Positions 16,715-25,261 of a DNA stretch of 46,159 bases are shown here, piece after piece. The notes under the pieces are model-generated. The model was not told the DNA's origin. It saw nothing but the letters and a program-made list of their open reading frames with translations, and searched no databases. This DNA is from a virus, in UHGV virus genome UHGV-1375912. One strand, given 5' to 3'. How positions within the stretch are numbered: the stretch's first letter is position 1; the number at the start of each line of letters is the position of its first letter. The position numbers and the translations under genes are program-made.

Positions 16715-16716
16715 GG

Positions 16717-17079
16717 ATGAATTACAGCGAAATGACTGATTTTGAAATCAACTGTGCGGTGGCCACTTCTCTTGGGAGGGAGTTCTTTTACAACTCTCCC
16801 GGGGAGCCAGGAAAGCGCAGGAAATCATTCGTAATTGATGATGTATGCCGTGATGTTTATGAGTCAGGCGCCTGGTCATCAGATGTATTCGACCCCTGCA
16901 AATCATGGGCTGATGCCGGGCCGATTATCGAGAAAGAAAACATTAGCCTGACCTGCCACCAAAGTCGTGATGAGTGGGCCGCAATATTTAACAGGCATTG
17001 CATGTCTGCAAATCAGAATCCACTTCGTGCAGCAATGGAATGCTTTCTGATGATAAAGGAGCGAGAAAATGCCGCGTGA
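16717..17079 (+). CDS. Hypothetical nin-region protein.
   Basis: GAGG RBS before the ATG at 16717. Confidence 0.5.
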   Translation: MNYSEMTDFEINCAVATSLGREFFYNSPGEPGKRRKSFVIDDVCRDVYESGAWSSDVFDPCKSWADAGPIIEKENISLTCHQSRDEWAAIFNRHCMSANQNPLRAAMECFLMIKERENAA

Positions 17080-17347
17080 ACGCTGCTGCCGCTGTCACAT
17101 AACACTCACCTCAGAAGACAAGTATCACTACGAGGTGCGATGCGAGTGCTGTGAAACTGACCTTAAGTGGGAAGAACATGAATATGACAGACCAATCAAA
17201 ACAGCCTACTGGCGATGGCGTGCAGTGTGTTTCTGTGTGCGCTTTCTGTTCTGCGGCGCTGCCAGATTCGGTGGTTTATTGCTGCACAAGCTGCGAAATA
17301 AACCTGATGCAGGATCCCAACTTTTTGATGAGCGGAGAGAGCCATGA
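17069..17347 (+). CDS. Cys-rich small protein (CCRCH...CECCET).
   Basis: It ends with an ATGA overlap to the next gene, which supports this frame over the alternative 17151-17360 ORF. Confidence 0.45.
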   Translation: MPRERCCRCHITLTSEDKYHYEVRCECCETDLKWEEHEYDRPIKTAYWRWRAVCFCVRFLFCGAARFGGLLLHKLRNKPDAGSQLFDERREP

Positions 17348-17652
17348 GCCATCCACGTGAGGTAATAAAAAATTACGACTTAAGCCAACTGCAGTCACTT
17401 GAGGAGTTCGTGAAGGGTCTTATTGCAGAAAAGAAAAACCAAGCCAAGCGAACTGTCTGGCGAGTATGTGACAGCTACGGATTGGTGCATGAGAATTTTC
17501 GCGAGGAGGATTACCAAAAAGCTGCTGATTTCATATCACAGGTGGCGAAGGAAATGGATGGTAATCCTGATTATTCACCTCGGGAAAAAGAGGTTCGCCT
17601 TATATGTGAGCGAGTTCCTGAATCTGAATATGAGGACTTCTTCAATGGCTAA
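17344..17652 (+). CDS. Hypothetical protein.
   Basis: 102-aa ORF. Confidence 0.5.
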   Translation: MSHPREVIKNYDLSQLQSLEEFVKGLIAEKKNQAKRTVWRVCDSYGLVHENFREEDYQKAADFISQVAKEMDGNPDYSPREKEVRLICERVPESEYEDFFNG

Positions 17653-18220
17653 AGGCATAAAGCCGAAGCCGAAGAAATGCAAATGCTGTCCTGAAAAGTT
17701 TATCCCCCGCAATAGCCTCCAGACCGTCTGTTCTCCCAAATGTGCCATTCAACTCGCTAACCAGATATCCGAGCGCAAGCAAAAGCGCCTGGAGAAAGAG
17801 CGGCGCGCCGAATGGAACAAGCGCAAAGCCGATGTGAAGCCGTTAAGCCACTGGATGAACATGACCCAGCGAGCATTCAACGATTACATCCGTGCGCGGG
17901 ACGGGAATGTCTGCATCAGCTGTGGCAGCACAACAGCAGTGAGCTATCACGCAGGGCATTACAGGACAACTGCAGCGGCTTCGCAGTTACGTTTCAACGA
18001 AGACAATGTTCACAGCCAGTGTGCAGCGTGCAACGTGCATCACTCCGGCGCGATTGGTCCATACAGAATCAACCTCATCACCAAAATCGGCCTTCAGCGC
18101 GTTCTGGCGCTCGAATCAAACAACGAACCTCACCGATACACCCGCGAGGAGCTTGACGCCATTAGAGCGCGTTATAGAGCTTTGCTACGTGCATTGGTTA
18201 AGCAGGGGGAGGCAGCATGA
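17645..18220 (+). CDS. ninG: NinG (Rap) recombination endonuclease.
   Basis: [40 protein letters not shown] is collinear with lambda NinG [40 protein letters not shown]. The N-terminal Cys cluster is also conserved. Confidence 0.85.
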   Translation: [191 protein letters not shown]

Positions 18221-18393
18221 ACTGGGACGCAGTTTTCGTAATCGCCGTGTGGGGGACATTTCTTTTCATCTGGCTTCCTCGCAAACACGCTCTGCACCGC
18301 AAGAGAATGTCATCACTAAGGGCAATGAACAAGGGCAATCGATTTAAGCAGAAATACAAGGCCATAAAGGCGCTAACCGGGAGGTCATCATGA
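18217..18393 (+). CDS. Small single-TM protein (58 aa, MNWDAVFVIAVWGTFLFIWLPRKH...) not in the supplied track.
   Basis: GGGGGAGG RBS. ATGA overlap with the ninG stop. Hydrophobic N-terminus. Confidence 0.4.
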   Translation: MNWDAVFVIAVWGTFLFIWLPRKHALHRKRMSSLRAMNKGNRFKQKYKAIKALTGRSS

Positions 18394-18524
18394 CCGAATA
18401 CCTCAGAGAGAAGTGGCTACGTCTTCGCATTCTAAAGATGCGCGGCATGTACGAGATCAGCTACCGGATAATCCGGAACACGGCGAAGATGATGGGGGTG
18501 ACCAATGCCAGTGCGCGAGCTTAA
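18390..18524 (+). CDS. Small 44-aa basic ORF (MTEYLREKWLRLRILKMRGMYEISYRIIRNTAKMMGVTNASARA).
   Basis: ATGA overlap with the upstream ORF. It fills the gap before the Q-like gene. Confidence 0.3.
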   Translation: MTEYLREKWLRLRILKMRGMYEISYRIIRNTAKMMGVTNASARA

Positions 18525-18993
18525 CCTTACTAAAGAGCAGCACGACTGGCTGAATAACTGGCTGGAGCTTTGGGGTGCGTGGGTTTACTCAGGAAGGCTG
18601 GAAAAGCGCCAGAGCAGTGTCATAGCGCAATACATGGCGACTGTTGAGCCGCAATCCTATCCATACCGGCCAATGTGCAATGATGATGACGGACTCTTGA
18701 TTTCTCAGGTCGTGGACTCCGTCATGTTCATCGATAAAAAAGCATTTGGCATCCTGCTCAGCTACTACGCTCACGGCTCTTCTAAGCGAGCCATTGCATC
18801 CTACTATCATAAGGTCGCAAGTCCCCGCAAAATGTCAGGGCGCGGCGGAGAAAGTACCAGGCGACCATCAATGATTACCTGCCGACGTGAAGTGGACGAA
18901 ATACTTAATGCCAGCCTCTATCTTCTCTATACTCCGCTGCTATCTGCATTTAACGATCGCAAACGTGTAGTTAAAATTAGAAAAGTCGCATAG
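18505..18993 (+). CDS. Putative late-gene antiterminator (Q-like, Q21/Q82-type size).
   Basis: 162 aa in the Q position, immediately upstream of a PR'-like promoter, a short leader and a strong terminator, followed by the lysis genes. Confidence 0.45.
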   Translation: MPVRELNLTKEQHDWLNNWLELWGAWVYSGRLEKRQSSVIAQYMATVEPQSYPYRPMCNDDDGLLISQVVDSVMFIDKKAFGILLSYYAHGSSKRAIASYYHKVASPRKMSGRGGESTRRPSMITCRREVDEILNASLYLLYTPLLSAFNDRKRVVKIRKVA

Positions 18994-18999
18994 TAAGTA

Positions 19000-19028
19000 T
19001 TGACACTATTGAGCCATTGAGCCACAAT
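19000..19028 (+). promoter_or_regulatory. Candidate late promoter PR': TTGACA, 17 nt, CACAAT.
   Basis: Consensus -35 with 17-nt spacing, 7 nt after the Q-like stop. Confidence 0.45.
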
Positions 19029-19110
19029 TTGGATATAAGCTGCCGTAAGTGTTCTTAAGGATGCTGCGGCACTTAAATCCAGTCAGTTCCATCGATTTGT
19101 GATAGTCAAA

Positions 19111-19150
19111 GCGCCCTGCGGTCTCACCAACTGCGAGGGCGTTTTTTATT
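19111..19150 (+). terminator. tR'-like intrinsic terminator (GCGCCCTGCGG...CTGCGAGGGCG plus T7), defining a ~110-nt 6S-like leader RNA.
   Basis: Long GC stem followed by TTTTTTATT. Confidence 0.6.
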
Positions 19151-19676
19151 GTGCACAACAGGTAAGAGCATTGGCGTGACGGCCTCATAAGCCAGCCCAC
19201 GCAGCAGCATAGCTGGGGAGCAATGTGTGCAATGTTCTTTCCGTTGTGGTGAATACTGGCTTCCTTGAAATGGAGTCGGAGATAAGCACCGGCCCACCAC
19301 AATAACTGAGCCGAATAGCAGCGCCTAATCGGCTCATCCCCTCCCGGGGATAAGAATCACCGCATACCCTGTAGCGGATAAGTAACATCACTAAACTATT
19401 TCAAAGGTCAGCCATAGAGCTGGCCTTTTTTCATTTCAGCGCCCAATGGATTTCCTCACACTTCATCCTGTGTCTTTTACGCGGGCGCTTTTTTCTACGG
19501 TGGATATCCGCAAACGCGGGATTCTCATTGTGATCAACTAAGGCTGCGTCGGGCATTAGACGGCGGGAAGGCTCGGGAAGGTTTCTCAGGTGACAGTGGG
19601 AAGTTTAACCGGGCTTGTTCTGTTCACAATGTCATCAATTCCTAAACAGGATAAGTCCCCGTATCAGGGGGTAGGA

Positions 19677-20000
19677 ATGCGTCGCATGCCATATAAATCA
19701 GATCCGGGCTTATTCGCCGCCATGATCGCCCTGGGGATGACAGTCCTCGGGTCGATAGCAGCATATGCCTACAAGGTATTAAGCGGGGAGGCCTTCAGCT
19801 GGCGCACCCTGTGTCTTCAGATGATTGTCTCCGTGTTTGCCGGGTTCCTCATGATGCTGCTCGCCATTTACTGGCAGTGGCCGCAGGAAGTCACCGGCGC
19901 AATCTGTGGTATGGCTGGCTGGTCCGGATCATCTCTGATTAAAACCCTTGAAAAGCGTTTCCTGCAGAAAGCTTCAGGAGATTCGGGAGTTGCTGAATGA
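19677..20000 (+). CDS. S: Class I holin, lambda S family, with a dual-start motif (MRRM). An antiholin is possible from the upstream GTG at 19590.
   Basis: Three TM segments. C-terminus GSSLIKTLEKRFLQKASGDSG versus lambda S GSLIKRFAAKKAGVEDG. GGGGGTAGG RBS. ATGA overlap with the endolysin. Confidence 0.8.
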   Translation: MRRMPYKSDPGLFAAMIALGMTVLGSIAAYAYKVLSGEAFSWRTLCLQMIVSVFAGFLMMLLAIYWQWPQEVTGAICGMAGWSGSSLIKTLEKRFLQKASGDSGVAE

Positions 20001-20626
20001 TGACCAGAGACCAGTTTAAAAAGGCAGCATCTATTTCTGATGCGCTCGCCAGTCGTTGGTATCCGCACGTTCTGGCGGCAATGAAAGAGTTCGGCATTGA
20101 CACACCAAAACGCCAGGCTTACTTCATTGCACAGGTTGGTACGGAGTCAGGCGGGTTCACTGTAATCAGCGAAAGCCTGAACTACTCAGTTGCCGGACTG
20201 GCAATCTTCGCATCCCGTCTTACTGCTGCACAGCGTGAGCAGCTCGGCCGCAAGTCAGGTGAGCCAGCCTTATCGCAGGAGCGGCAGGCTGCCATTGCCA
20301 ATATCGTTTACGGTGGACGCTATGGTAACAACCTGAATGGAGATGGCTGGAAATATCGCGGGAGAGGGCTGAAACAGGTTACCTTCCGCGATAACTACGC
20401 AGCCTGCGGTAAAGCATTAAACCTGCCGCTTCTATCTAATCCCGATTTACTGCTGGAAGACGTCAATGCCGCGCGCTCGGCTGGCTGGTTCTGGCAGGCC
20501 AACGACTGCAACCGCTTCGCCGATGCATCTGACGTGACCGGGCTTACCCGCCGTATTAATGGCGGCACAAACGGCCTGGCAGATCGCATTGCGCGCACAC
20601 GGATTGCAGAGCAGGTGCTCCTATGA
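19997..20626 (+). CDS. Endolysin, glycoside hydrolase family 19 (chitinase-like lysozyme).
   Basis: GH19 motifs AQVGTESGGF and YRGRGLKQVTFRDNY. Position is immediately after the holin. Confidence 0.85.
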   Translation: MMTRDQFKKAASISDALASRWYPHVLAAMKEFGIDTPKRQAYFIAQVGTESGGFTVISESLNYSVAGLAIFASRLTAAQREQLGRKSGEPALSQERQAAIANIVYGGRYGNNLNGDGWKYRGRGLKQVTFRDNYAACGKALNLPLLSNPDLLLEDVNAARSAGWFWQANDCNRFADASDVTGLTRRINGGTNGLADRIARTRIAEQVLL

Positions 20627-21024
20627 CAGGTAAAGCGAGAATGGCGAGATATCGCCGGTTCATCCCCGTCATCTTCTCGGTAATCATCATCGGTTTCGTT
20701 GGCAAGCTCTGGTATGACAACGCCAACCTCACAGAGCGCAACAACCGTCTGCGTGAGCAATTCATTCTGGCGAATGAGCGGAATATGAAGTTTGCTGAGG
20801 GCTTAGGGCCGATTACGAAGCGACTCGATAGCCTGGCAACAACGCTCGATGAAGAAAGCCGCAGGCGCTCTACCGCCGAGACCCGAGCTAACTCATTGCA
20901 GAAAGAAAACGAGTTCCTCCGCTCCAGCAAGCAGTGCTCAATAGCAATCGATCCTAGTGCTGTTGATAAAGCTAACAAGGAAGGCGGAACAGTGATAATT
21001 CAGGCTGCGCCGGCAGGTGAGTGA
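20623..21024 (+). CDS. Extra lysis-cassette protein: N-terminal TM helix plus coiled coil (i-spanin-like architecture) with no embedded o-spanin.
   Basis: FIPVIFSVIIIGFVGKLWY TM followed by a charged, heptad-rich region. ATGA coupled on both sides. Alternate frames carry no lipobox ORF. Confidence 0.55.
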   Translation: MTGKARMARYRRFIPVIFSVIIIGFVGKLWYDNANLTERNNRLREQFILANERNMKFAEGLGPITKRLDSLATTLDEESRRRSTAETRANSLQKENEFLRSSKQCSIAIDPSAVDKANKEGGTVIIQAAPAGE

Positions 21025-21476
21025 TGATCAACTTCCCATTTAGCTGGCGAACCATGCTGTTCGGCGTCTTAATTGTGATTCTGGTTTTGGTCTGCAGGCT
21101 AGCCATTTACTACCACGGTAAATACGTTAGTGCTGACAGCCTTGCAACCGAGCGCCAACAGACGATTGATGACATGCAAGTGCGTCAGCGTGATGTTGCC
21201 GCGCTTGATGCCAAATACACGAAGGAGTTAGCTGATGCTAAAGCCACTATCGATCAGTTGCATGATGATGTTGCTACTGGCAAGCGCCGGTTGCAGCTCA
21301 ACGCCACCTGCCAGAAACAATCCTCCTCCGGCACCTCCGGCATGGATGATGCAGCCAGCGCCCGACTTACTGACGCCGCTCAACGGGATTATTTCACCCT
21401 CAGAGAGCGAATCGAAGTCGCCGGAAAGCAAATAGCCGGGTTGCAGCAGTACATCCGGGAGCAGTGCCTGAGGTGA
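21021..21476 (+). CDS. Rz: Rz i-spanin.
   Basis: Collinear with lambda Rz: MQVRQRDVAALDAKYTKELADAKA, DDVATGKRRL, DAAQRDYFTLRER, QYIREQC. Confidence 0.85.
   Translation: MMINFPFSWRTMLFGVLIVILVLVCRLAIYYHGKYVSADSLATERQQTIDDMQVRQRDVAALDAKYTKELADAKATIDQLHDDVATGKRRLQLNATCQKQSSSGTSGMDDAASARLTDAAQRDYFTLRERIEVAGKQIAGLQQYIREQCLR
21235..21435 (+). CDS. Rz1: Rz1 o-spanin lipoprotein, embedded in the +1 frame of Rz.
   Basis: Lipobox LLLASAGC. Pro-rich PPPAPPAWMMQPAPDLLTPLNGIISPSE matches lambda Rz1. Confidence 0.8.
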   Translation: MLKPLSISCMMMLLLASAGCSSTPPARNNPPPAPPAWMMQPAPDLLTPLNGIISPSESESKSPESK

Positions 21477-21517
21477 CAAACCCCAAGAAGATCCACTTCA
21501 GCTAACAGAGCAATATC

Positions 21518-21546
21518 AGCCTCGCCATTGTGCGGGGCTTTTTTAT
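21518..21546 (+). terminator. Terminator hairpin after the lysis cassette (AGCCTCGC...GCGGGGCT plus T6).
   Basis: GC stem plus TTTTTTAT. Confidence 0.5.
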
Positions 21547-21686
21547 GCAACAAACCTCCGCGCGTCGCAGCGCATATCACTCCCGAGTCTTTCAGAAAGC
21601 TGAGCCTGAGAAATGCCGTATAGGTGCGGACCTCTCGGGGCGGCTTTTCTGTGCGAACAGGCTCATCTTTCTAAAAGGTATCCGTA

Positions 21687-22361
21687 ATGCAATTAGTAGA
21701 AATCAAGAAGCTCGACCTGGTCACCAACACCGTAGCAATAGCGGACGGGGTGGGGCGAGATCATGACACTATCATTAAGCTGGTTGACCGTAATAAAACA
21801 GACCTTGAAGAGTTTGGAACTGTCGGATTTGAAATCCGTAAGTCTGGCGGCAAGCCATTGCGCATTGCCTTACTGAATGAGCAGCAAACCACGCTGCTGA
21901 TCACCTACATGCGTAATAACGATGTGGTGCGAGCATTTAAAAAGCGGTTGGTTGCTGAGTTCTTCAAAATGCGCAGCACTCTCGCCGCACAGAAGATGGA
22001 CCGGAATTCTGCCCGCCTCGAATACAAGCCCATGACTGACGCTATTAAACACGAGCGCGAAGCCCAGGGTAAGCAGATAGCCCCGCATCACTTCAGCAAT
22101 GAAGCCGATCTGATTAACCGCCTGGCGCTGGGAATGACGGCAGCTAAGTTTCGCGTGTATCACGAGATCGGGAAGAAAGAAGCCATCCGCGATTACCTGA
22201 CGCCGGAGCAGATTCACTGCATAACAGAACTGCAACGCGCCAATACGGTATTCATCAGCATGGGTTGGGACTTCGAACAACGCAAAGAAGTGCTCAAAGG
22301 CATGTTCGAACGTAACCATCGCCAGCCACTGATTGAAGAGCAGCACACGCTGGCAGCATAG
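21687..22361 (+). CDS. Rha-family phage regulatory protein.
   Basis: The N-terminus LDLVTNTVAIADGVGRDHDTIIKLVDRN... resembles the Phage_pRha domain. A late-region location is typical. Confidence 0.55.
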   Translation: MQLVEIKKLDLVTNTVAIADGVGRDHDTIIKLVDRNKTDLEEFGTVGFEIRKSGGKPLRIALLNEQQTTLLITYMRNNDVVRAFKKRLVAEFFKMRSTLAAQKMDRNSARLEYKPMTDAIKHEREAQGKQIAPHHFSNEADLINRLALGMTAAKFRVYHEIGKKEAIRDYLTPEQIHCITELQRANTVFISMGWDFEQRKEVLKGMFERNHRQPLIEEQHTLAA

Positions 22362-22524
22362 CCGGCTCAAAAATGAGCCCGCTGATTATCAAAGGAAAAG
22401 AGAGCCACTTTCACAACGGCTTTCATCACAAGGCGCATTTACGAGTGTGCCTGACGCATGGCAATGAAACAGCTTTGATAATCGGTTACCTTCTGAGAGT
22501 AGATAATCAACCACTCAGGAGAAA

Positions 22525-22836
22525 TTGATAATGATGCATACAAACATAAAAACGTACTACATAGATAAGGGCATGAACTCGCGACTTGTAAGGTATGACG
22601 TTATAAGAGTGGCCGATGATAAATTTATAGTTAAGGTTCTTGATGATCAACAAAGCGCCACATCGGCTCCCAGCTCAATTGTTGAAATTGATACCTTAGA
22701 ATTTACTCTCGCTCAGTATCTTCAGGATACAGGTCAGGGCGGCTTCCAAACTATGATACGCGATAGGATGCCTAATTCATTTGAAGGGCATGTGCATGAA
22801 AAATGCCAAGAACACAGAAATGGATTGATGGATTGA
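22525..22836 (+). CDS. Low-GC moron protein of unknown function (103 aa) with its own terminator.
   Basis: AT-rich coding region. Strong terminator at 22846-22870. Confidence 0.5.
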   Translation: MIMMHTNIKTYYIDKGMNSRLVRYDVIRVADDKFIVKVLDDQQSATSAPSSIVEIDTLEFTLAQYLQDTGQGGFQTMIRDRMPNSFEGHVHEKCQEHRNGLMD

Positions 22837-22845
22837 CCATTGCCA

Positions 22846-22870
22846 AAGCCGCCTACGGGCGGTTTTTTTA
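22846..22870 (+). terminator. Terminator CCGCC-TACG-GGCGG plus T7.
   Basis: Perfect GC stem followed by TTTTTTTATT. Confidence 0.55.
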
Positions 22871-22881
22871 TTGGAGCCAAT

Positions 22882-23076
22882 ATGCCTGACACCTACCGCA
22901 TCACCGTTACCACGAAGTCAGGCGAAACTCACGAAGGCCTGATGAACCGGTCACAGCCTGAGATGGTTAATGGCTTCATTGGTGTTGCAAGGGAAGATGG
23001 CGCTTGGGTATACCTCGCGCCTGATGATGTGCTCAAGATGGAATACGTGCCGCAAGAACAGCTATCCGATACTTGA
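22882..23076 (+). CDS. Hypothetical small protein (start at MPDTYRITV).
   Basis: GGAG RBS directly after the terminator. Confidence 0.4.
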   Translation: MPDTYRITVTTKSGETHEGLMNRSQPEMVNGFIGVAREDGAWVYLAPDDVLKMEYVPQEQLSDT

Positions 23077-23243
23077 CGTAAGCACACGCAACCTCGGAAA
23101 AACTGTTGATTGATGGCGCAAAAGCAATAAGCAGATCCAGATAGGTTAATTTCATTTTTACCTCCGCAAAGTTATAGGAAAAGCGCAGCGGGGCTGTGCT
23201 TCTATTGTGAGGGTTAATAGCCTCTCTATAACGTGTCTCATAA

Positions 23244-23771
23244 TTGGAGAAAGACATGGCATCACCAGATTGGGAGGCCATCGAGTCGGCTTACCGGGCT
23301 GGCTTGATGTCAGTAAGGGCGATTGGTGAAAAGCATGGCGTTAACCATGCCACCATCCTCAAAAGAGCAAACAAAGAAGGCTGGCAACGTGACCTGACAG
23401 AGCAAGTCAGATCGGCCGTTAAAGCCAAGGTAACCAAATCGGTAACCAGCGGCGGTAACCAGTCACCAGTGGTTACTGATGCGCAGATTGTTGACCAGGC
23501 ATCAGACGAAGCTGCCGCTGTAGTGATGGCTCACCGTGAGGGGTTAGCAGCATGGCGTGGCATTACCAACAAGCTCCGCGACTTCCTCGAGGATGCTGAA
23601 ATCACCGAAGACAATCATGCCTCAATGTCACGCTCAATCACTGCTGGTGTTGACGCGCAGATTAAGGTGATCAACGCCGAGCGTAAGGCCTACAACCTCG
23701 ATAGCGAGGAAGGTAATAAGACGGTCGATGACCTGTCGAATCTGATGGATTCATTGTCTCAGGGGGCTTAA
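23244..23771 (+). CDS. Terminase small subunit (HTH DNA-binding).
   Basis: N-terminal HTH SVRAIGEKHGVNHATILKRANKEGW. Its stop overlaps the TerL start. Confidence 0.65.
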   Translation: MEKDMASPDWEAIESAYRAGLMSVRAIGEKHGVNHATILKRANKEGWQRDLTEQVRSAVKAKVTKSVTSGGNQSPVVTDAQIVDQASDEAAAVVMAHREGLAAWRGITNKLRDFLEDAEITEDNHASMSRSITAGVDAQIKVINAERKAYNLDSEEGNKTVDDLSNLMDSLSQGA

Positions 23772-25255
23772 TGAAACCTGAGTACATCAAGCTGCTATCC
23801 GATAAGGACTGGCGGCTGAATAATCTGTACTGGATCACCGACAAAGAGGGTAAGCCTCAGCGATTCCGGATGACGCCAGAGCAGCGCGAATACTTTGAAG
23901 GCATCCACACCCGCAACATAATCCTGAAGGCACGGCAACTTGGCTTCACGACAGAGGTGTGCATCATCCAGCTCGATGCGGCGCTCTTCGAGTCTGCCAA
24001 ATGCGCGCTCATTGCACACACCCTCAACGATGCTAAACGCCTGTTCCGGGAAAAGGTGAAGTACGCCTATGACCGGCTGCCGGCAGAAATCAGGGCTGCC
24101 AATCCGGCGAGCAATGATTCGGCGGGTGAACTGGTATTCAGAAAGGGCGGGTCACTTTACGTCAGCACGTCATTCCGTGGCGGCACGCTGCGTTTCCTGC
24201 ACGTTTCCGAGTTTGGGAAGATATGCGCTAAGTTCCCCGACAAAGCCCGTGAGATTGTCACTGGTGCGTTTGAGGCTGTATCCAGCGATTGCTTCACCAC
24301 TATTGAGAGCACAGCAGAAGGGCGGGCCAGTTACTTCTTTGATTACTGCCAGACTGCTGAGAAAGCTCAGTTGCAGGGTAAGGCGCTTTCGAATCTGGAC
24401 TGGAAGTTTTTCTTCTTCTCCTGGTGGAAGAATCCGCTGTATGCAATCGACCCGGTAGAGCCTCTACCGCAACGCCTCGACGATTACTTTGACGATATCG
24501 AGCAGAAGCATGGCGTCATTCTCAATGATCGCCAGAAAGCCTGGTACTACGCCAAAGAGAAGACGCTCGGCGATGACATGAAGCGCGAGTACCCATCTAT
24601 ACCGGCTGAAGCTTTCGAGCAGTCAGTTGAGGGTGCTTACTACGCCAAGCAGTTCCGCAAGCTCTACGAGCAAAAGCGCATTGGCTCACTGCCCGATAAC
24701 TCACACCTTCCAGTCCATACATTCTGGGATATCGGTGTGGGTGACTCCACAGCCATCTGGTTCGTGCGCATCGTTGGCGAGGAACATCACGTCATCGACT
24801 ACTACGAGAACTCAGGTGAGGGTCTCCGGCACTACATGAAGGTGCTGAAGGATAAGTGCTACGAGTACGCCGCTCACTGGGGGCCGCATGATATCGACAA
24901 CCGGGAGTTCGGCTCAGATGCGAAATCACGTCGCGAGCTGGCCCGCGAGGGCTATGAGATTGATGGCGTGAGATACACGATCACCTTTCAGGTGGTGCCA
25001 AAGCTCGGCGTCGATGACGGTATCGAGCAGGTGCGTGAAATCCTGCCGAAGTGCGCCTTTGACGAGCACAAGTGCGCTGACGGCATTATCGCGCTGGAAG
25101 GTTACCGCAAAGAGTGGGACGACAAGCGTGGGTGCTGGAAAGACAAGCCTCTACACGACCACACCTCACACGGGGCTGACAGCTTCCGTTATTTCGCCGT
25201 GACGCAGAAGAAACGCAGCGTACTCAAGGCGGCTCCAGTTACCTTCAGAAGATAA
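23771..25255 (+). CDS. Terminase large subunit (ATPase plus nuclease).
   Basis: 494 aa. Walker-A-like KARQLGFTTE. A C-terminal acidic nuclease motif region (WDIGVGDSTAIWF, HDHTSHGADS). Confidence 0.85.
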   Translation: MKPEYIKLLSDKDWRLNNLYWITDKEGKPQRFRMTPEQREYFEGIHTRNIILKARQLGFTTEVCIIQLDAALFESAKCALIAHTLNDAKRLFREKVKYAYDRLPAEIRAANPASNDSAGELVFRKGGSLYVSTSFRGGTLRFLHVSEFGKICAKFPDKAREIVTGAFEAVSSDCFTTIESTAEGRASYFFDYCQTAEKAQLQGKALSNLDWKFFFFSWWKNPLYAIDPVEPLPQRLDDYFDDIEQKHGVILNDRQKAWYYAKEKTLGDDMKREYPSIPAEAFEQSVEGAYYAKQFRKLYEQKRIGSLPDNSHLPVHTFWDIGVGDSTAIWFVRIVGEEHHVIDYYENSGEGLRHYMKVLKDKCYEYAAHWGPHDIDNREFGSDAKSRRELAREGYEIDGVRYTITFQVVPKLGVDDGIEQVREILPKCAFDEHKCADGIIALEGYRKEWDDKRGCWKDKPLHDHTSHGADSFRYFAVTQKKRSVLKAAPVTFRR

Positions 25256-25261
25256 GCGACT

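Noticed and set aside
17151-17360. Alternative-frame ORF overlapping 17069-17347.
   Set aside because: The 17069-17347 frame ends in an ATGA overlap with the next gene and starts at the previous stop. The alternative has neither.
19006-19391. Minus-strand ORFs 19006-19302 and 19185-19391 in the PR'/tR' leader region.
   Set aside because: They overlap the PR'/tR' elements on the opposite strand, have no RBS, and give Cys/Trp-rich low-complexity translations.
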